From NCBI GenBank assembly GCA_965116475.1, contig OZ220691.1, positions 3,483,077 through 3,547,076 on the forward strand: 64,000 nucleotides of DNA, written 5' to 3'. Position 1 is the stretch's first letter. Each line of letters begins with the position of its first letter. This document shows positions 58,345-64,000 of this stretch, piece after piece. The notes under the pieces were generated by a model. It was not told where the DNA came from. It saw nothing but the letters and a program-made list of their open reading frames with translations, and searched no databases. The position numbers were made by a program, and so were the translations under genes. Source of the stretch: Gemmatimonadota bacterium. GTDB taxonomy: Bacteria > Gemmatimonadota > Gemmatimonadetes > Palauibacterales > Palauibacteraceae.

Positions 58345-58845
58345 GTGCTTGCGGCCGCGCTTCTGTCCGGGCTGGCCCTGGACCCGTTGCCGCTGCGCGC
58401 GCAGGATCCGCCGCCTCCCGTCGTCCCCGACTCGGCCGCCGCCGAAACGAGCCCTGTCGCCGACACGACGGGCCGGCGCCCGCCCATCTCCCCCCTCGGC
58501 GCCTTCGGACGCTCCCTGGTCCTTCCGGGCTGGGGACAACTGGAGGTCGGACGCCCCGCCCGCGGCGCTTTCTACTTCGCCGCCGAGTCCGTCTTTCTGT
58601 TCATGGTCTTCAAGTCCGACGCGCGGCTCTCCGCCGCGAAGGAGGAGATGCCGCCGAACGAAGAGCGGATCTCCAACCGCACGGGGCAGCGGGAGAACTG
58701 GATCGTTCTGGCCGGGTTCTTCGCCTTCCTGAGCGGCCTCGACGCCTGGGTGTCCACGCAGTTCTGGGACTTCGAGCCCTCGATCGGTCCGCCCGCCGAT
58801 GGGTCCGTCGGGATCGCGCTCGGTTTCAAGGTCGATTTCCCCTGA
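58345..58845 (+). CDS. Hypothetical secreted protein
   Basis: Signal-peptide-like LAAALLSGLALDPLPLRA after a GTG; the ORF track starts it at 58255, spanning attR, so the true start is probably downstream of the repeat. Confidence 0.4.
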   Translation: MLAAALLSGLALDPLPLRAQDPPPPVVPDSAAAETSPVADTTGRRPPISPLGAFGRSLVLPGWGQLEVGRPARGAFYFAAESVFLFMVFKSDARLSAAKEEMPPNEERISNRTGQRENWIVLAGFFAFLSGLDAWVSTQFWDFEPSIGPPADGSVGIALGFKVDFP

Positions 58846-58877
58846 AGGAGACCGGCGGCCCGCCCCGCCGTCGGGAC

Positions 58878-59621
58878 TCAGCCCTCGCCGGGACCGCGGT
58901 ATGACTCCAGGCGGATCTCGTCCGCCGTCACGACGGCGAAACTGTTGTGATGGAGCCAGTCCCCGGAGTTGAGGTAGTACCTCCCCGGCGCGAGTTCCGT
59001 GACTTCCGGCCGGTGCGAATGCCCGAACACGACCAGGTCCACATCGTCGTGGGCGGCCAGCACCTCCGCCGCGTGCCGCGCGAGAACCGAAGCCCGGGGC
59101 GACTCCTTCGGGGCCCCTCCCGCCTGGGCCCGCCGCGTCCCGCTGGCGAGCCGCGCGAGCGGGAGTCCGAGGTCGGGGTGGACCCACCGGAAGAGTCCGC
59201 GCCCCACCGGACTGCGCGCGGCCCGGCGCAGAACCCGGTAGCCCCGGTCGGCGGGGCCGAGTCCGTCGCCGTGTGCGATGTACGCCCGCCGCCCCGCGAT
59301 CCGTCGCCGCGCCGGCTCTTCGAGGACTTCGACGCCGACTTCGTCGCGGAGAAAACTGCCCCCCCACGCGTCGTGGTTCCCGCCCATGAAGAGGACGGGC
59401 ATGCCGCGTTCGACGAGTCTTCGCAGGCGGGCGAGCACGTCGAGTTGACCGCGTGGGATCACCTGGCGGTATTCGAACCAGAAGTCGAACAGGTCGCCGT
59501 TGATGAGAAGTTCGTCGCCCCAGCGGTCCGCCTCTTCGAGGAAGGCGAGAAACGCGCGCGCGTTCTCCTCGGCCACGGCCCCGAGGTGGATGTCGGACAC
59601 GATGACGGTGCGTTCTGACAT
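58878..59621 (-). CDS. lpxH: UDP-2,3-diacylglucosamine diphosphatase (LpxH-like metallophosphoesterase)
   Basis: VSDIHLG, NGDLFDFW, GGNHD, GHSH motifs. Confidence 0.75.
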   Translation of the reverse strand: MSERTVIVSDIHLGAVAEENARAFLAFLEEADRWGDELLINGDLFDFWFEYRQVIPRGQLDVLARLRRLVERGMPVLFMGGNHDAWGGSFLRDEVGVEVLEEPARRRIAGRRAYIAHGDGLGPADRGYRVLRRAARSPVGRGLFRWVHPDLGLPLARLASGTRRAQAGGAPKESPRASVLARHAAEVLAAHDDVDLVVFGHSHRPEVTELAPGRYYLNSGDWLHHNSFAVVTADEIRLESYRGPGEG

Positions 59622-59735
59622 GGGGCCGAAGCTCGGCGCGCCGGGCGCGGCCCGTCAAACCCGGCGGCGGGCTGCGGGGCACCCGTCCCCGCGGAAAGTT
59701 CGACACCCGGTGCGTCGCGGGAGCATATTGCCCGC

Positions 59736-60179
59736 ATGGAAGCCGCGAACGGAGTCGGAACGACGGAAGTGCGCGTACGGTACGCCGAGACCGACCAGAT
59801 GGGGCGGGCGCACCACCGCCACTACCTCGTATGGTGCGAACTGGGGCGCACGACGCTCATGCGCGAGCGCGGCGTGTCGTACGCCGAACTCGAGCGCGGA
59901 GGCCTCTGGCTCCCGGTGTCCCGGGTCGAAGTCGAATACCGGATCCCGGTCGAGTACGACGAACTCATCCGGATTCACACCCGCGTGGAACGTGTCCGGA
60001 GCCGCGAAGTCGTGTTCGCCTACCGGATCGCGCGCGCCTCCGACGACGCGACGCTGGCGCGCGCCCGCACGGCCCTCGTGTGCACCGACGCGCGGGGCCG
60101 CCCGCACCGGTTCCCGGATGCCGTGAAGCGGCAGCTGCAGGCCCTCCCGGCCGTCGCCGCCCCGCCCGCCGCCACATGA
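59736..60179 (+). CDS. Acyl-CoA thioesterase (4HBT/YbgC-like)
   Basis: Hotdog fold with YAETDQMG..HH..Y motif. Confidence 0.8.
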   Translation: MEAANGVGTTEVRVRYAETDQMGRAHHRHYLVWCELGRTTLMRERGVSYAELERGGLWLPVSRVEVEYRIPVEYDELIRIHTRVERVRSREVVFAYRIARASDDATLARARTALVCTDARGRPHRFPDAVKRQLQALPAVAAPPAAT

Positions 60180-60830
60180 ACCGCGCCCCGATGCGCCGGA
60201 CTCTCCGGGTACTCCTCCTCCTGTCCCTGAGCGCCTGCGGCGGCGGTTTCGAGCGCGGGACCTCGCTGCCCGATCCAGAAGATGTCGCGCGGCGGGCGCG
60301 CGCGAACTCGGGCACGGAGCAGCCGATGCACGTCGTCTTCCGGTGGGAATACACCGGCGAGAGCGGGAGTTTCCGCGGCGACGGCGCCGCCCGGGTGAAC
60401 CCGCCCGACCGCTTCCGCCTCGACCTCTTCTCGACGGGGGAGGGAAGCCTCCAGGCCACGCTCGTCGACGGGCTCCTGGCCACGTCGGGCGACCTCGAGG
60501 GCGTCGAGCTGCCGCCGACCGTCTTCCTGTACGCCATGGCGGGCGTGTTCCGCCCCGGCGACATGCCTCCCGCCGCCGGGTCCGAGATCCCCGGGTTCCG
60601 CGTCCTCGAGTTCACGGTCGAAGGAGGCGCGACGCGAAGCTATTATCTTGACGAGGGCCGGCTCACCCGCCTCGAGGAGCGGCGGGCCGGCCGCCGTGAG
60701 CGTTGGATCGAGCTCGAGTGGGGGCGCGACCGCCGCTGGCCCCGGGAGGCCCGGTATCGGGACATCGTCGACTCGAGCGGGGTACGTTGGGAGTTGGTGA
60801 GCGCGACGGCTCAAACACAGCCATACGATG
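60176..60830 (+). CDS. Hypothetical lipoprotein (3' end uncertain)
   Basis: Lipobox LSACGG; ATG overlaps the thioesterase stop. The frame stays open to 61114 with non-protein-like composition, overlapping the next gene, so a frameshift or over-extension is possible. Confidence 0.4.
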
Positions 60831-60866
60831 AGGAACACTATGTCCTGCCGATTCCGCGCCGGAGCG

Positions 60867-61352
60867 ATGGCCACGATCACGATGCTCGCCGTGCTGGCGG
60901 GGTGCTACGGCTTCTCCGGCGGCGGCGGGCTGCCCAGCCACATGCGCACGGTGTGGGTCGCCCCGATCGAAAACGAGAGCACGCAGTTCGGCATCGCGGA
61001 ATCCCTGATGGACGAACTCCTCACGGCGGCGCGCCAGCGGCTGGGGCTGCGGCTCTCGTCCGAGGAGGAAGCGGACGCGGTCATCACGGCGCAGATCAGG
61101 CGCTACGCAGATGAGGCGGTCAACTTCGACGCCGTCGGCGGGGTCGGCGCGGACGTCTTCCAGCGTCGCGTGACCGTCAGCGTGTCCGTGGAGATCCTCG
61201 ATGTGGCCGAGAACCTCATCATCTGGGGCAACCAGAGCCTGACCGGGACCGGGGAGTACGAGCCCGGAGGGGAAACCGAAGACCAGGCGCTGGTCGTCGC
61301 GCTCGAGAATCTCGTTCAGCAGATCGTCGACGGGGCGCAGTCGCAGTGGTAG
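60867..61352 (+). CDS. Hypothetical outer-membrane lipoprotein (LptE/LpoB-like, tentative)
   Basis: Lipobox LAGC; amphipathic beta-rich composition. Confidence 0.45.
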   Translation: MATITMLAVLAGCYGFSGGGGLPSHMRTVWVAPIENESTQFGIAESLMDELLTAARQRLGLRLSSEEEADAVITAQIRRYADEAVNFDAVGGVGADVFQRRVTVSVSVEILDVAENLIIWGNQSLTGTGEYEPGGETEDQALVVALENLVQQIVDGAQSQW

Positions 61353-61515
61353 ACCGACCGGCGTCGACCGCCGGGACGGGATCGGGGCGGGAGCCCCTCG
61401 CGCCCGCGCGATCGGTTCGCCATTCTGTGGTCGATCGTTCACACGGGCCGATAACCTTCACTCAACGTCCGGGCGCCGACATGCCGCTAGCCGCTCGACC
61501 CGCCACGCCGAACCT

Positions 61516-61995
61516 GTGACGTACACCGCCGGTCTCGTCGCCATCCTGGCGGCTGTCTGGCTCCTGTTGTCGGGATACCTCGACAAACCGCTGCTCCTGG
61601 GGCTGGGCGCGGCGTCGGTGGCGTTCGTCGTCTTCATTTCGCTCCGCATGCGGATCGTCGATGACGAGGGGCTGCCGATCCAGCTCCCGGCGGGGCTCGT
61701 CCGCTACCTGCCGTGGCTCGTCGTCGAGATCGTGAAGGCGAACGTCGATGTCGCCCTGCGCATCCTGAGGCCGGGCCTGCCCATCCGTCCCCGCGTGATC
61801 CGCGTGCGGGCGGGACAGCGCACGGATGTCGGCCGGGTCATCTACGCCAACTCGATCACGCTCACGCCCGGCACCGTGACGATCGACACGGAGGGCGACC
61901 ACATCACGGTCCATGCCCTCACGGACGAGGCGGCCGAGGGCGTCCTCACGGGCGAGATGGACCGGCGGGTGGCCCGCGTCGAGGGACGCGGATGA
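61516..61995 (+). CDS. mrpE: Na+/H+ antiporter subunit E
   Basis: MnhE-family pattern; first gene of the mrp block. Confidence 0.7.
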   Translation: MTYTAGLVAILAAVWLLLSGYLDKPLLLGLGAASVAFVVFISLRMRIVDDEGLPIQLPAGLVRYLPWLVVEIVKANVDVALRILRPGLPIRPRVIRVRAGQRTDVGRVIYANSITLTPGTVTIDTEGDHITVHALTDEAAEGVLTGEMDRRVARVEGRG

Positions 61996-62273
61996 TCCTC
62001 GCCGCCGTCGTCGCCGCGATCATCGTCACGATGGGACTCGCGCTCGTGCGGGCCGGGAAGGGGCCGACCGTCTTCGACCGCATCCTCGCGCTGAACATGT
62101 TCGGCACGAAGACGGTCCTCCTGATTGCCGTAATCGGGTTCGTGACGGGCCGGCCCGATTTCCTCGACCTCGGACTCGTGTACGCCCTCATCAACTTCAT
62201 CAGCGTCATCGCCGTGCTCAGGTTCTCCAAGTACGGGAACTTCGCCGATCCGGACCGCGAGAGAACGTCATGA
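61992..62273 (+). CDS. mrpF: Na+/H+ antiporter subunit F
   Basis: 93 aa, 3 TM, ATGA overlap with mrpE. Confidence 0.7.
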   Translation: MILAAVVAAIIVTMGLALVRAGKGPTVFDRILALNMFGTKTVLLIAVIGFVTGRPDFLDLGLVYALINFISVIAVLRFSKYGNFADPDRERTS

Positions 62274-62593
62274 CGCTCGAGATCGTGAGTTCGGTACTCG
62301 TGATCGCCGGCGCGACCTTCGCGGTCATCGGCGGAATCGGCATCGTCCGCCTGCCCGATTTCTTCTGCCGCATCCACGGGGCGGGGATCACCGACACGCT
62401 CGGGGCGGGGCTGATTCTCACCGGGCTCATGTTTCTCTCGCCCCATTGGATCGTGGCGGTGAAGCTCCTCGCGATCCTCGTCCTGCTTTGGACCACGAGC
62501 CCCACGGCCACCCACGCCCTCGCCAACGCGGCGCTCGAAACCGGGCTCCGGCCACACGTCGATGAGACGGAGGAGGCGACATCGAGTTCGTAG
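62270..62593 (+). CDS. mrpG: Na+/H+ antiporter subunit G
   Basis: 107 aa, MnhG-like (VRLPDFFCRIH). Confidence 0.7.
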   Translation: MTLEIVSSVLVIAGATFAVIGGIGIVRLPDFFCRIHGAGITDTLGAGLILTGLMFLSPHWIVAVKLLAILVLLWTTSPTATHALANAALETGLRPHVDETEEATSSS

Positions 62594-62619
62594 CGCTCGA
62601 GGTCCAGGTCGTCACGGCG

Positions 62620-63159
62620 TTGCTCCTCACGCTGCTGTGCGCGACGGCGGTCGCGGTCGTCCGCATGCGCGGCCTGTTCGCCGCCGTCATGCTGATGGGG
62701 ATCTACAGCTTCCTCGGCGCCTCCTGGATGCTCCTGCTCGACGCCCCGGACGTCGCCTTCACGGAGGCCTCGGTCGGCGCCGGTATCTCGACCATCCTCG
62801 CGCTCGCCACCCTCGCGCTGACGACGCGCAAGGCGAAAGCCCGCGCTCGAAGACCGGTGGTGCCGCTGCTCGTCGTCGCCGTCACCGGGGCCGCCCTCGT
62901 CTACGGGACGCTGGACATGCCGCACTTCGGCGATCCGGAGGCGCCGGCCAGCAACTACCCGCACCCGTCCTACGTTGAGCGCGCCGAGGACGACATCCAC
63001 GTGCCCAACGTCGTCACGGCGGTGCTGGCGAGCTACCGGGGCTACGACACGCTCGGCGAGACGGTCGTGATCTTCACGGCCGGCATCGCCGTGCTGGTCC
63101 TCCTGCGGGGGAGCCGCAAACGCCGGCCCACGGGCGGGGGAGGGGAGGACGCGGGATGA
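62620..63159 (+). CDS. Mrp antiporter membrane subunit (MnhB-domain/DUF4040-like)
   Basis: TTG start uncertain; hydrophobic, MnhB-like C-terminal segment. Confidence 0.5.
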   Translation: MLLTLLCATAVAVVRMRGLFAAVMLMGIYSFLGASWMLLLDAPDVAFTEASVGAGISTILALATLALTTRKAKARARRPVVPLLVVAVTGAALVYGTLDMPHFGDPEAPASNYPHPSYVERAEDDIHVPNVVTAVLASYRGYDTLGETVVIFTAGIAVLVLLRGSRKRRPTGGGGEDAG

Positions 63160-63578
63160 CCGACCACACCGTGCTGCGCGTCGTCAGCAAGCTCCTGCTG
63201 CCCTACGTCCTCCTCTTCGCCCTCTACGTGCAGTTCCACGGCGACTACGGTCCGGGCGGCGGCTTCCAGGCGGGCGTGATCTTCGCGGCCGGCTTCGTGC
63301 TCTACGGGCTCATCTTCGGGCTCACCGCGGTGCGCCGCGTCGCCCCGGGCCGCATGATCGAACTCGTCATCGCGACCGGCGTGCTCGTCTACGCGGGCAC
63401 CGGGGTCGCGACGATGCTCATGGGCGAGAACTTCCTCGACTACGACGCCCTGTCCCCCGCGCACCCATCGACGGGGCAGCACTACGGCATTCTCGTCGTC
63501 GAACTCGGGGTCGGGATGACGGTCGCCGCGGTTATGATCGCGGTCTATTCGACCTTCGCGGGCCGAGGGCGCGCATGA
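63156..63578 (+). CDS. mrpB: Na+/H+ antiporter subunit B
   Basis: MnhB family (GGGFQAGVIFA). Confidence 0.7.
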   Translation: MTDHTVLRVVSKLLLPYVLLFALYVQFHGDYGPGGGFQAGVIFAAGFVLYGLIFGLTAVRRVAPGRMIELVIATGVLVYAGTGVATMLMGENFLDYDALSPAHPSTGQHYGILVVELGVGMTVAAVMIAVYSTFAGRGRA

Positions 63579-63946
63579 CCGGGACCCTCGTCGACGCCGT
63601 CCTCGGCCTCTACAACTACTGGGTCGTCATCTTCCTGATGATGACGGGGTTCTTCATCGTCATCTCGCGCGGTAACCTCATCAAGAAGGTCATCGGGCTC
63701 AACATCTTCCAGACCTCCGTCTTCCTCTTCTACATCACGGTCGGGAAGGTGAGCGGGGGCACGGCGCCGATCACGGCCGACGGACTGGAGGTCTACAGCA
63801 ACCCGCTGCCGAGCGTCCTCATCCTGACGGCGATCGTCGTCGGCGTGGCGACGACCTCCGTCGCGCTCTCGCTCGTCGTGCGCATCCGCGAGGCGTACGA
63901 GACGATCGAGGAGGATGAGATCCAGGCGCAGGACGAGATTCGGTGA
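63575..63946 (+). CDS. mrpC: Na+/H+ antiporter subunit C (NuoK-like)
   Basis: GLNIFQTSVFLFYI motif. Confidence 0.85.
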   Translation: MTGTLVDAVLGLYNYWVVIFLMMTGFFIVISRGNLIKKVIGLNIFQTSVFLFYITVGKVSGGTAPITADGLEVYSNPLPSVLILTAIVVGVATTSVALSLVVRIREAYETIEEDEIQAQDEIR

Positions 63947-64000
63947 TGGAGGCGATCCAGGCCCAGTTGCCGGTCCTGCAGGTCGTCATCCCGCTGCTCG
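63946..64000 (+). CDS. mrpD: Na+/H+ antiporter subunit D (5' fragment, runs off window)
   Basis: MEAIQAQLPVLQVVIPLL begins right after the mrpC stop. Confidence 0.4.
   Translation, partial: MEAIQAQLPVLQVVIPLL

Noticed and set aside
1-64000. CRISPR arrays, IS elements, rRNA
   Set aside because: No direct-repeat/spacer periodicity, transposase motifs or rRNA-like segments seen anywhere in the window.

Overview
This is a 64-kb window of high-GC (~70%) bacterial chromosome, mostly core genes packed on the + strand. Gene content (LpxH, MlaDEF, caa3 oxidase with haem-c-fused subunit II, Mrp antiporter, HprK-linked PTS) points to a high-GC Gram-negative, possibly Gemmatimonadota-like; that lineage call is inference only.

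Core genes in order:
- purH, an orphan msrP, and the caa3-type cytochrome oxidase operon ctaCDEF
- a DUF4159 protein and an orphan E1-alpha TPP dehydrogenase subunit
- rnz, an aroA-cmk fusion, rpsA, and an LpoA-like periplasmic protein
- a propionate cluster: pccB, accC, a free-standing BCCP, and a methylmalonyl-CoA mutase catalytic-domain gene
- an FmdB zinc ribbon, argS, a PfkB kinase, purM, ribD-ribE-ribBA-ribH-nusB, and a GT4 glycosyltransferase
- a complete regulatory-type PTS block: hpf, hprK, EIIA/B/C/D(Man), HPr, EI
- metK, a BFN nuclease, a lipoprotein, recO, selB, and convergent ptsN plus a zinc-ribbon gene
- tmRNA (ssrA, tag ANDGLALAA), greA, mlaDFE, ridA, tRNA-Sec
- after the island: lpxH, a thioesterase, two lipoproteins, and the start of an mrp operon

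The most interesting feature is a ~10.6-kb element of lower GC at 47751-58323, inserted into the 3' end of tRNA-Sec (selC). It is bounded by a perfect 16-bp direct repeat, and a GTACCCC(AAAA) arm-type motif recurs at both ends. It encodes a P4-type tyrosine integrase, TerL, an HNH endonuclease, an HK97-fold capsid, an S78 prohead protease, a gp6-like connector, a portal, and head-tail joining proteins. It has no tail, lysis, or replication genes. This is the architecture of a capsid-forming, tail-less phage satellite (cf-PICI-like) and not that of a full prophage.

Many six-frame ORFs in alternative or antisense frames are high-GC artefacts and were rejected.
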